From Hydrolagus affinis (taxonomy: Eukaryota): a stretch of DNA of 64,000 nucleotides. How positions within the stretch are numbered: position 1 is the stretch's first letter; each line of letters starts with the position of its first letter. The notes under the pieces were generated by a model. It was not told the DNA's origin. It was given only the letters and a program-made list of their open reading frames with translations, and searched no databases. This document shows, in pieces, positions 36,730-49,040 of the stretch. Made by a program: the position numbers and the translations under genes. The DNA lies in NCBI GenBank assembly GCA_012026655.1, contig JAAILG010001627.1, forward strand, positions 1-64,000, read 5' to 3'.

Positions 36730-37016
36730 CATATGATATGAATGTTCTATCATATGACAATTTGCAGCATCTGCAGTGAATACAATAAGCAAAGCTCTGG
36801 CAATCTCCAGCCCGCAAGATTTAACTGATAAACATAAACCCAGATTTGTCTCGACCACTACAACAACAACAACAACAAATTACATTTATAGAGCGCCTTT
36901 CACGTCGGGAGGACTAGTGATAGGCTTTCAAAACTCATATGATTCCTTAATCCTAAAACTGACTTTATTGGGTGTGATTCATTAAGTAATGCTCTCATTT
37001 GTTTCTTATGTTTAAG

Positions 37017-37101
37017 GCTCCAGATTCTGATACTTCCACCAATTCCTGACCCTGGAAAGATGTTGAAAGGCATGTTTGGGGAGCAAAATGTAGATTTTTC
37101 G
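37017..37101 (+). CDS. IL13RA1: IL13RA1-like exon 9 (Box1)
   Basis: aag acceptor, gtaggt donor. Encodes LQILILPPIPDPGKMLKGMFGEQNVDFS; compare human LKIIIFPPIPDPGKIFKEMFGDQN. Confidence 0.93.
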
Positions 37102-37934
37102 GTAGGTCTGCTCTGCAGTTTTCAGGACCATACTAACTTATTCTGGAATTCAGGGCACAGCGTTCTTCAGGGCTGACAAATGAATTCCTGTAATGTTGCC
37201 CAAAAATCGGAAATCATATTGCAATACAAGGGAGTGGGGGGACAATATTCTGTCATTTTGCATCTGGTTCGAGAAACATAGACCCCATATTGAAGTGAAG
37301 TATAAGAAAAATACCTGCTGGGTTTTCAGATCGATCGCTTCCTGCATAGAGAAGGCATGCGCAGTGTGAATGAAGTGCTATATTGTGTATCTTTGCAGCG
37401 TGATATCAGCAATAGCTATTACAAATATTCATAGCACACAGAAAGAGGCCAGACAGAGTATGCACTGTTATAAAGGGACCTTTACTAAACCAGGACATCT
37501 TAGCACAGGGTCTCTGTATCTCACAATACCATTGAATTTGAGCAACTGGGCCTAACCTGCCTAATCGGTAAAAGTTAATATCTCATTCAAAGGGAACATG
37601 GATTTGGGTCGAAGCAGATCATTGCTGAGAAACATTTAAACAAACAAACAAATATATATATAGAGAGAGAGCCCAATATAGGGCCTAAAATCTAGAAATT
37701 GAAAACCCTTGCCTCTACATCCAAACATTAACGCACAAAGAGGAAGAAAAACATTTACTGCCATCTGTTGGTCTACGCCAAGGTCAGTTTAGCGAAACAA
37801 TCACAACATTATTGCGCCCTACATCCAGGGTAGAATTTTGGTTCGTTTATCCCCATTCATCACTCAACAAAGTACAATAATACAGTAGATTTTTAATGAG
37901 AGTGACTCAGCTGCATTTTTGTTTACTTTTATAG

Positions 37935-38147
37935 GCATGGATCATTCAGCCTAAAGAAAATCTGGTGTCAAAACCTGAAGAGGAAGTAACTTGTCTTGTC
38001 CTGACGGTGGAGAAGATCAAGGTGCAAGAAAAGGAAGGAAAGTTCAGTGGACATGAGATGCTGGAGGAACAGACTCTGCCTGTTTGTGTTGATGAAGCCA
38101 CCACTGTGGATGATAACTACATGTTTTATAACATGGTGACTTTGTGA
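37935..38147 (+). CDS. IL13RA1: IL13RA1-like exon 10 (cytoplasmic tail to TGA)
   Basis: tag acceptor. Encodes AWIIQPKENLVSKPEEEVTCLVLTVEKIKVQEKEGKFSGHEMLEEQTLPVCVDEATTVDDNYMFYNMVTL*. Spliced CDS totals 1374 nt (457 aa). Confidence 0.85.
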   Translation, partial: AWIIQPKENLVSKPEEEVTCLVLTVEKIKVQEKEGKFSGHEMLEEQTLPVCVDEATTVDDNYMFYNMVTL

Positions 38148-38699
38148 TATTAACAATTGCTCTGTGCATTTCTTTTCACCGGAGGTGTCGTTGCAGCTTT
38201 TTGACTTGCGAGCCAGAAATTTACATTTCATGTACTGTTCTGTCAGTGAGCCATTGTTGTTTGCATTATCTGGCAATTAGCATTTCCAACTGTGCACTTG
38301 GCAAATTCGGATTAGTTTGGACTTTAGACATAATCTCTTAACTACGTCAGTTAAGGTCAGAAGCGAGCAATGGGAGAGTCAAGGTCTACAGTGGGTAGTT
38401 TGATTCTTCTTGATATGGTTTATTTACAACCTGTTCAGTGTGTCTGATTTGTAGGAATGTTTTATCAGTCGTTTTCAAGAAGTACTACTGATGTCAAAGA
38501 GACTGTGCAGTATTGCACATGGGCTTCTTAATCTGATGTCTATGGTAGCGATTTTGATGCAGTTGTTGATTTCATGCCTTGAACCGACATTGGCATTTCA
38601 GAAAAAAACTTACAACAGTTGCTCACAACAAAGCACAGCCTACGCAGTGTCATAAAAATACTGCCATACTCGGAGGCCATACTCCTTGGCTCTCGTCAA

Positions 38700-39480
38700 T
38701 GTCTCCATTCACACGGCACTCACCTCCTCCACCTTCCCGGCCCGCCCCTAAAACTCTCCGAACCTGTGCGCAACCTAGGCATCAGGTTCGACCCCCAACT
38801 GTCCTTCCTCCCCCACATCCGGTCCATTACCAGCAATGCCTTCTACCACCTCCGACGGATTGCCCGTCTCCAGCAATACCTCACCCCAAAAGCCGCTGAA
38901 ACTTTGGTCCGTACCTTCGTCACCTCTCGGCTGGTCTATTGCAACGCCCTCCTCTCCAGTCTCCCCTCCACCACAATCCACAAAATTCAGCTAATCCAAA
39001 ACTCTGCCGCCCGCATACTCACCCGCTCCAAGCTTCGCTCCCCCATTACCCCAATCCTTGCCAGACTTCACTGGCTCCCTATCCCAGAGAGGATCGATTT
39101 CAAGAACCTCACCCTTGTTTTCAAATCCCTCCACTCCTCTGCACTCCCCCTATCTCTCTGATCTCCTCTCCCCCCAACCCAGCACCCGCTGCCTTCGCTC
39201 CTCTGGGTTTGGCCTCCTCCATGTCCCCCGAATCCTCCGCTCCACCCTCGGCGGCCGTGCCTTCAGCCATTACGCCCCGAGGCTCTCGAATTCCCTTCCT
39301 CACTCCCTTCGCCTCGCCCCCTTCCCAGTTTTAGGTCACAGCTGAAGACCTTTCTCTTCGACCGCGCTTTTGGTCACCTTTCTGCCTCTGGCTCGGTCCC
39401 AGGATCTGCTATTGTAAAGCGCTCTGAGACACCGTCCGGCGTGGAGGGCACTATATAAATCGAAGTTATTGTTGTTGTTG
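38700..39480 (+). mobile_element. L2-clade LINE 3' fragment (RT C-terminus and tail)
   Basis: Translation VRNLGIRFDPQLSF...AAETLVRTFVTSRLVYCNALL...IQNSAARILT...LHWLPIPERIDFK, with tail ggcactatataaatcgaagttattgttgttg. Confidence 0.9.
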
Positions 39481-39800
39481 CCATATAAATAATTGGAATT
39501 GCAATCCATACTGTTTCATTTTGTTACCGGATGCTTGTTTGTCAAGGTGATTTTGACCTTCAATAAGATTGAAACAAGATAAATTGGGAAAATAAAGAAT
39601 CGTTCAACAGGAATTAACAACTGCAAGTATTCACTTGAGGCAAATTGAATGCTCTGAGGTTGGTATTGGAGATAGAAGATAACAGCACAACATATTCTCA
39701 CCCTTCCTTGATGTACCATTTACATTTTTTTTAGTTGAACTCAGTACAAAATTCAGTTATTTATAAAAAGACAGTTTCTGCTTTGCAAATCGAGACTTTA

Positions 39801-39806
39801 AATAAA
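39801..39806 (+). terminator. Candidate IL13RA1 polyadenylation signal (others at 39591 and 40265)
   Basis: These are the first AATAAA hexamers I found downstream of the stop codon; this one is followed by T-rich sequence. Confidence 0.35.
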
Positions 39807-40989
39807 CATGGTTCCTTTGAACATATTCATTCATTTTTATTAGAAGCTAGACCACAACAAATATGTGCTGCAACTGTTTGTAAATAGCTTTTTAACTTGT
39901 GTGCACTTAAGTAAGGGTCAAGACACCCTATTCTTCAGTGGAGAACAATCAGTGTAAAACTCTGATGTGTGACTGGAAATAATCTCAAAACAACAACTTC
40001 AGTTTATAGCATCTTTCATGCAAATGCTTCACAAAATTGCATTGATTCAAAGTGTCGGTTTATGAGCTAATTTTTATTGCAGTCTGGCATTGTTTTTGGC
40101 GAATACTTTCACTGCTACACTTTCTATTGAAAAATGGGAATATTCATGTGTGAGGTTCTGGTTTTGTGTGCTAACTGCTCATTGGTATTGAGGAAGAAGA
40201 GCTGCGATATCGAAGGGAGATGCAGGCATGTACAGGATTAGAATAGAATCAATTTCATATCCAGAATAAAGGTTTATTAAAGTTATCTGTCTTGTTAATT
40301 GCTGTACAGTATACCTTAACAATTAACCACTGCTAATTTGTAGCGTAACTTTTTCCGGGTCTACACTGCTCTGCTGTCCAAACTACATAATAATCTTTAC
40401 ATTTGCTATACATCCTTTTACACCAGGAGGATGCCTCAAAGCCCTGTACAGTACAGGATTTACCATAAAGTGTATTAACTGTATTTTGTATGCAAACACA
40501 GCAGCCAATTTGCACACACTGATGTCCTGCAAACAAACAAGTAGATGGCCAATTTGATCAGTAGGATTTTTGGTCGGGAATCTCAGAGAAACTCGCTTCT
40601 CTTTTTGAGTTTGGCCAACATTCTCCCAAATAAAATTGGTCATTCACTTCGGGTGTTTGTGGGACATTGCTAAACATAAATTGGCTGCGCAATCATCTAC
40701 AAAATATGCAATCTTTGTAGTATATCCTGTGAAGCACCTTTTGGAAAAGTCCTGCTGAATGCCAATCACACAAATTATTATTTTACTGCACAAGAGAGGT
40801 CATAAGAACATTCCATGCGTTCTTATCCAAACTGTATACTGTATTTAATAATAATCCTTGCATTTAATACAGCACCTTATCACGTTTTTGAGACATCTCA
40901 AAGCGTTTCACACAATATACTACAAAGTACTGTACATTGACTGTGTATTTTCCGGATGAAATGCAGCAGCCAATTGCGCACAGTTTGTC

Positions 40990-41312
40990 TGGGTGAGAAG
41001 ACTATGGGTTCAAACCCTACATTAGGACTTGAGGTTGTCGCCTCAAAGCACTGCATTGAGATGGGATGTAAACTGGTGTCTACCTTGTTATTCAGGTAGG
41101 TGATAAAGCTCCCATCGGCACTATCACAAATGAAAGGCAGTTTCTCCCACTGCTAACGACAATAATCCTTCAGACCAGTCATTCAACACACTGGTTGTTT
41201 GTGGGATTATCTGTAGCCTTGTAATGCTTACAACAACAAAAACATATCACGTGACAGTTAGGTTAGTGTAAAGCACTTTGAGATATTTCAACATTCTACG
41301 TGCTATAAAATC
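40990..41312 (+). mobile_element. Old Deu-domain SINE (SacSINE1/AmnSINE1-like)
   Basis: B-box-like ggttcaaacc; central gatgtaaactgg...tcaggtaggtgataaagctcccatcggcactat resembles the Deu domain as recalled; L2-like tail. Confidence 0.55.
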
Positions 41313-42644
41313 GATGACTTAATTTGTACACAGTTTTGATAATGAAGGAACCTGACCTGGAATCAATCCAATCGTCTCTTGGGAATCTTTAGGTAAAGGA
41401 TGGAATGGGTTCCACAGTCATAGGAAGAGAAAAAAAATCCCAAACATGAAGGGACTCATTCGCATCAAATTCTTGGAAGGTATTGCTCACTGTCAGTTTC
41501 AGTTATGAATCGGTTGTTCCACAATGTCAAGTAACACATAAAAGAGCTGTTTAAATTGGGAACAGGGAATCATGTGGTTTAAAAAAAAAACTGCAAATCC
41601 AGCGTTTTGTTGTTGCTAATAAAACTACGTTTTCTAAATCAAAAAAAGACACATGTATTACTATATTTAGAAAGTCAAATGCATTGTTGTATTGATCCAA
41701 ATTACATATAATAAAGATATTACCAGAAAAATAATATCACAAATGAACATTGTAAGTGAAAAAAATATCCCCGACTGAATAGCAGGACCCATTTATAGTG
41801 AAAAACATAAATTGCTAAAATGTATTAAAATGTTTTCCAAACAAAACTGCTCACAAAAACACCACCACTGAAATAGCAGACAACGGGATCCTGTTTCCCT
41901 TCCTAAACGGGGTACTCCCACTGAGATTAGTTACTCAACACAGATCAGGGGATCAAACAGGCAACTCTTCTGCTTATACATCAAACCCACTCACTGAATT
42001 ATCAGAAAGGGCAGCAAATCATTCTCGTAAAGAAGTGGAGCCCTCATCTGATTAGTTCATTTGCCAGGCCCTGGGCCTTTCACAAGTTCAACACACATTT
42101 CACACATTTGGTGACCTACAACCCTATTGACCCGTCTGGTCAGAGAACTCTGGTCTGCTTCATGACCTCCAGCCTATGAGCTTCACCATCAGCCAAAGGG
42201 CTTTCAGCCACTCTGTTCCCACTTTCTGGATCTTCATCCCGGACCAACTCGCACGCTCACCAACTCGCACGCTCCTTCCTTTCGTTCAAGGCACTTCTCA
42301 AAACGTGCATCTTCGACCTTGCCTTCCCCATCCTCTCGGCTCCTACTCCCAGCTCAGTGCTCAGCCAGCAGTGCCGAGCACTTTGAGACAAGCTCGTATC
42401 GGCATTATATAAATGTAATGCATACAATTACAACCTCTAAGCAAAACAAAATTTCACTTGGTAATGTAAGAATATTACCCAAACTAAATTCCCAAACAAA
42501 CTCCAAATTCAAAGGTCTAAGGAAAGGAGACAATCATCCTTCACCTACAATATTCAGTCAATTCACTATACAGTATATTCTGTGAAGCGCTTTGAGACGT
42601 CTCAAAGACGTGATAAGACGCTATATCAAATGCAAGGATTATTA

Positions 42645-42879
42645 GAAATAAAAATGCAATGTACGCAGATGCTGGAAATCTGAAACAAAAACAGAAATCA
42701 CTGGGGACACTCAGCAGGTCAGGCAGCATCTATGGAGAAAGGAAAGTGAGTCAACATTTCAGGTCCATGACCCTTCATCAGAACTTCAGTTTGTGGACCC
42801 AAAACGTTGACTCACTTTCCTTTCTCCGTAGATGCTGCCTGACCTGCTGAGTGTTCTCAGCGATTTCTGTTTTTGTTGT
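42645..42879. mobile_element. Penelope-like inverted terminal repeat element with a hammerhead-like core
   Basis: ~84-bp inverted arms, flanking 11-bp direct repeat aaggattatta, and CTGATGA-stem-GAAA on the minus strand. Confidence 0.7.
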
Positions 42880-45800
42880 AAGGATTATTATATCTCCCTA
42901 AAATAGAACAGAGTCCCCTAAAGATAGGGGGTAAAGCACACCTCTGAATATTGTTGTTGTAAACCACACATCAAAACTAATAGGAAAGATATGAATCTCA
43001 TTTGCAAATTCCTTCTAGGAGTCATGTAAGACATTTTTAACAGGCAAAATCACATCCTGGTTTAGGTGTATCTTATTTTGTTTTAGAATTTCAGTGTACA
43101 GAATCGTTCATTTACAGCCTTAAGTTTCAAGCTTTTTTTGGGTATGGTAAGGGCAAAAAAGGGCACAATTTTGTATGACTGCATCTGCGTGGCTAAGGTG
43201 ATCTTGCATAACCTATGATCCATTTAAATTGAAACAAATAACTGATTTATTGCCGAAAAAAGGGAGTGCCGAATGGACTTTCAGCATATGTCATGTTAAG
43301 AGTGAATAAATCCCTGTGTTGCTAGGGAGCAATGTTGACAATCTGCACTAATGCCAACAGAAGTGAAACTACACATGACATTCTTCCCGCTGCAAAACTG
43401 GCCCTAAAAGCATTTGGAACAATAGTGCTGGAACTCCAAAGTTTGCTAAGATCTTGTAGGAACTGAGCCAGGACAATATTCAAGCCTGGATCAGGCTATG
43501 TGGCTATGTGCAAAAGATGAAACTTCCAGTGATAGAGGCTGATGCTATGTTGATTGATCCTTTCATCCTTATCTACACGCCTTTGTTTACTTAGCAGTAT
43601 GTGGGAACCCTACAAATGTTGTTTGGCCACCCACAAATTGACGGATCACTTTCTGGAGGTACTAATCCCTTCAAAATAACAATGATCTTGTCACTCAATC
43701 GAAGACTGTTTGGGGGACATTGCCGTGCGCAATTGGCTGCTGCACGTCGCCCACAAAATGCAGGCAATCCACTTTATAGTATTTTCTGTGAAGTGGTTTG
43801 AGGTGTGTCAATGACATGATATGGTGCTATATCAAATAAAAGAATCATTATTATTATTATGTGTACAAGATGAACTGGATAAGTAATTTGATTAGGAAAA
43901 GTATTGGAGTAATTAGAGGAGGATGCACACTGAGACTTGTATGTATTCCTAAGGATGGTTTACACAAAAACGCTCTGAGATATTATTTCACCTGTAGGGC
44001 GCTGTATACATGCAGGCTTTTAGTGGTGAAGCGAATGTTGTCTCGACACACAGTGGGTTGTGAACCAAATTAGTTTTCTAATGCTATATATTCAATGTGA
44101 GAGGTGTTTCAGTTGTCCAGGATCAAAATCTAAACAGTAACTAACACCAGTAGGTGTCGTCGTTACAAAAGAATACTATTTTGCGTCTCGATGGTTCCAC
44201 CTCCTGGCAGTTGACTTTCACAGCAACTATCTTTCTGGCGAATGCAGTACATTTTCAAAATCATAATAAAATTCCACAATTTTGAAGTTGATAGATTTAT
44301 TCCATTTTAAAAACGTAGAAAAGAATGACTCTACAATCAAAGGCATCTGGCAAGGAGCTGCTTGAGATTGCAGTAATAAATCTTTGCATTTGCTAAAGGC
44401 GCCTTATCATATCATCAACAGTATGTACCCTGCTCCTGCAGAAGACCTCTTTTATGCACACACACCCCATCCTGATAAAATATTTGAGCAACATTACTCG
44501 TTTTATTCATTTAAAAAGTTCAAAACTTGAGTGGATCCACTGAAATTTTAAACAAAAATCTCTTTATCTCATGGCTCAAGCTTATCCAAGTGAGCTACTC
44601 GGGATGTTAGAGCATCACTTATGCAGTACCATATCAGATAAGTATCAAGTCTGTAAAACAATATTGTTTACAAATATACACTTTCATGGTAGTAATAATA
44701 AGAATAGTCTTTACATTTGCTAAAGCACCGTTCACTTCAGGAAGATATACCAAAGCACTTCACTGGATACTGTATGGTAAGGTAAAGTGCAGTGACTGTG
44801 TATTTTGTAGGTGAATTATATATATGTAATATTCTGAGATCCTAATTTAAAATCCTACTAAAGGAGAGTATTGTTTTGTTTGTTTGTTCCTTGTCCATCA
44901 TTTCAGTCTAAAATACTCAACATTACCCTAGTAACTTTCTCCTCATATTGTCTTGCCTCTCACACTCTCTGTAATGTGCTGATTGTATTATTTAAGCATT
45001 ACAACAAAAGGCTAGCAGAGGGCTTGGCAATGTTGGAAATAGCTGGACCCCCATAGTGCTGCAGGACAGAACAAAGACTACTGACTGCAATCAAATGACA
45101 AGGTCACACCAGAGATCATCTCTCCATTCAGCGAGAGATCAGGCTAATCATTTTGGACTGGGCTTCCTGCAATATCAGCAGGTGCAGCACATTTTAGCAC
45201 TGGGCGTATAGATTTTTTAAGGAGCAAAACAAATTAAAATCCAACAAACACAAAAGAATGGTAACAGGTCTTCACTGGTACCCTGTCCATTTGAAGAAGT
45301 TTTCTAGAAATTCTATTCTTTTGTAGCAACAAGTGAATGAAAAGAAACCTGATTTCAGGTATATTAGGCCAGGAATCAAGGTTAGGTAGAATGACCGACT
45401 CCCCAACTATCAGGGACTAATTTTGGAGCTTAATTGAAGACCTAGTCAGTTCCATAAATATTCATTTCATCAGTAACCAAATGGTATTAACCAGATGAAA
45501 CTGATATATTATTTCAATCAGGCTGTACAGAACTGAATAGCACAGAAATGGACTTCAATAAGTATTTGAATTCCATGTGAAGAAGTGGTTACAGTTGAGT
45601 CCCGAGCATAAAGGAGCTATTGCTGATGGAGCTATGGCTGAGTTCTGTGTGTAAAAGAGGTAAAGCTGAGTTTTGTGCAGAAGAGGTCTGTGCCTGAAAC
45701 GCCGAGCAATGGTGAAAAGCCAACTATTCTGCAGCAACTCAATGGCAATACTTAAGGCGGAGAGAATGTGTGCCATTTCCTGTTACCCAGTTAGGAGCAG

Positions 45801-46797
45801 TAATATTGTTAAAATATAGAAAAATAGTTGGGAACCTCAAGACAAAGTGTTCTCTCCTCTCTTCCCTCTCTTTCCAATGGCTTAACATTGACTCATTGTT
45901 AATTTAATTGGTTTAGAAATGCCAGGATAGATATCATGCACATATGCCTCTTGTCAATGCGTGTCTAGTTTATAGAATGGCAGTATTTCAGAAATGCAAT
46001 TATGGGGAGTTTTGCTTTGCCTGAAAATAAACTATGCAGTTACCTTAGACTGTAAAATCCATTAGCATCGGGAGCAATAGTTTATATAGTTTTATTTCAG
46101 ATGGTTTATCAGTTACAGTAAAGTTAGGTGCAGTTAAATGTGTAATATAGTACTTATATATGTATTTAAATTAGATTTTAGCATTTTACACTACAAGGTT
46201 TAAAAATTATGGCTTTCATTCAAATTCGTGGGTGGATTTTTGAAATGTAAAACTCAAGCGTAAAGTTCCAAGGAGCAGATTTATTTCATTGATAGAAACA
46301 TCAAGTTCTCAGTGAGTGAACTAAACTAATGACATTAGCACATGAGGTTTGGCAAGTACTAGTGAAAGCTTCTTCGTTTCAATGTTTGAGGACATACCAG
46401 TTCTGATCAAAAGGAGGCAGGAGATCGGGAATCTATACCTCTCAAAGGTCCACCATTGAGAACAGACACAATGTAACATTGCGAACTATTTGAATTTACA
46501 AACGTTTTCAATGAGTTCCCAATTAGCGTGAATTGCTCGTGTCTGGGATTCAATCCGATTTACATTGTGGGGCAGAATCAAAGGCACTGACAGCAACATG
46601 GGAGCATGAGAGAACTCATGCACAACACAGCTGTGGCAAGATCATTAACTGTTTTGCCACCTATTAATGATGTCACATTGCTGACTACTGCTGGCTAAAA
46701 TACAGAGGAAAACTGGAAAGGTCACAGTCGGGGGGCTTTTTAAGTAGAATATTTCATAAAAACATTTTTATTCGGGATAAAAGAGGAGGTTAAAACA

Positions 46798-46837
<40 letters not shown>

Positions 46838-47758
46838 TACACTTTGAATCTCAGCAAGGAAAGGCAATTTAAAAACAAATTGATATTAATATAAAATATT
46901 TAAAGAAAATGAAATAAAACGGATTGGGGAACGCTGCTTTAAGTTAAATATAAGCTTAGAATGCACAGGTTTCCTCTTAATAGCAATATTTTTCATTAGC
47001 AGAAAGCAACAAATGTCTGAAGCCAAAACTTGAATGTTATGAAAATGAATTTTTTTGAAGAATGTGCATTCAGCAGTGAGCACTACCATAAATCATATGC
47101 TGTAAATTTCAGGGATTTTCTCAACTTCCCCATATGCCAAGGGCAACCTTGGATCCAAATTATATTTTCTGGAATTTAAGAGCAGGATACTATATTAATA
47201 ATAAATTAATTATCTGATCTGATAAATGGCTTAATTTGCACTTGGAAGGTTTTCATGCATTGAGGCAGTAAACAAGCACGTCAATCTGATGAAGTTGGCA
47301 GATTTACTGTCAATTGCTAATGATATCCCATCCTCCAGTGAAGATAAAGGTCATCTTAGATTGATCACCCTGTGAGGTTACACATCATCCCACGAGTGTA
47401 CAGTACTGCACCAAGAATTTACACTCATTAGATATGGCATGCTATGGTATTTATCTTTCGTTGCCTTATTTCAAGCCACATAATCTCAACATTTACTTAC
47501 TTTCTAAATTTCCAGTAAAAATGTGAACATTTTAACATCCAGAATACAATGGTCCAATTTGAATGCAATGCTGTGATTTGCGGATACATATCAAATTGTT
47601 TGTAGTTCAGGTCTAACTTTTATAATATATAATAATCCTTTGCATTTGATATTGTGCTTTATTATGTTGTCGAAACCTCTCAAAAACACTTCATAAGATA
47701 GCACCACAGTGGGTGTAGGTGTTGTTGGGCATTGTTAACCACAATGTAGGAATGTTGT

Positions 47759-47962
47759 GGAGTCCTGTAGCTCAGTTGTTAGAGCACTCGCCTTACAAGC
47801 GAAAGACATGGTTTCAATTCCAGGCTGGATGAAACCTTGAGCAACTATTCCACACACCTAATAATAATCCCTCAAAAAATAATAAACCAGTCATTTTCAA
47901 CCCACGACTATTTGTGGGACACTGCTGTGGGTAATTAGCTGTCGTATTTCACCCACAAAGTA
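47759..47962 (+). mobile_element. tRNA-derived SINE, 3'-truncated
   Basis: ggagtcctgtagctcagttgttagagcactcgccttacaagcg followed by the family body. Confidence 0.85.
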
Positions 47963-48908
47963 TACTCTGTGCATCAAGACTTTACTATGTTTGAAAATAC
48001 CTGGTGTACATTTCTGGTACAATATTCAAGAGCATCATTACTGTTGTACCCTGTTGATAATAACCAAGGTGACTCTTAAGCCTATTAAAGAGAACTAGTG
48101 AGCTAGATTGATATCTAATGGTTAAATAAACATGCGTATCATCTATTCCACTGTACAATATTGCACTTTGATCTTGACTGGAGTTCTGCTACGTAAATAT
48201 GCAAATTGATTATATATTTTTATAATGCTCTGGTCATAAATCCATCATAAAAACTTATAAATTGCTTGCAAAAATCTTGTTTACCGGCACTTTATACCCC
48301 GTCTCCTGCCCTGCCAGTTAAAATGATCTTCCTCCTTACTGGTTTCCCTGTCCAGAAATGAAATGTTGCTGGAACAACCCTAACTATGGCACAAAAATGA
48401 CATCTCGTGGTTGTGCACTAGTGAATAGTATCTGTGGAATGTCATTTCCATGAATATCTAGCTATAAAATAAACAGAAAGAAGACTGCACCTCTGTGACA
48501 GTCCTATCCAAATCAAACTGGCCTAACTGGTTATGTGTGATCTTACACTCGTAAAAAGCAACCCAGTGAGGGGAATAGAGACTTGAGCAGGGTCAGATAA
48601 TAAGAATAAGAATCATTGCATTTGATATAGTGCCTTATCACGACTTCTAGATGTCTTAAAGCGTTTCACAAAATATACTGTAAAGTGAATTGACTGTATC
48701 ATTTATATCTTTTGTGGAGGATGTCTTGGGACAATTAGCTATTTTGCTCAGTATTTTCTACCTATCTTCACCAATTTCTTTGAAAATCTGGAACTGTTAG
48801 AAAAAATCTGAAATCGTTATGGGAAGATGTGCAATAACAATGTTGTTGGTTGAGCCCTGGTCCTCATCTAGAATCCAGTTGCTCTTTGCCAAAGTTTCAT
48901 TCTTTTCA

Positions 48909-49040
48909 GCTGAAGGGTCATGAACCCGAAATCTTGACTCACTTTCCATTCTCCGTAGATGCTGCCTGACCGGCTGAGTGTTCCCAGCGACTTCTGTTTT
49001 TGTTTCAGATTTCCAGAGACTGCAGTATTTTGTGTTTTGC
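48909..49040 (+). mobile_element. Penelope-like terminal repeat fragment
   Basis: tgaagggtcatgaacccgaaatcttgactcactttcc...tttcagatttccag; same family as 42645-42879. Confidence 0.65.
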
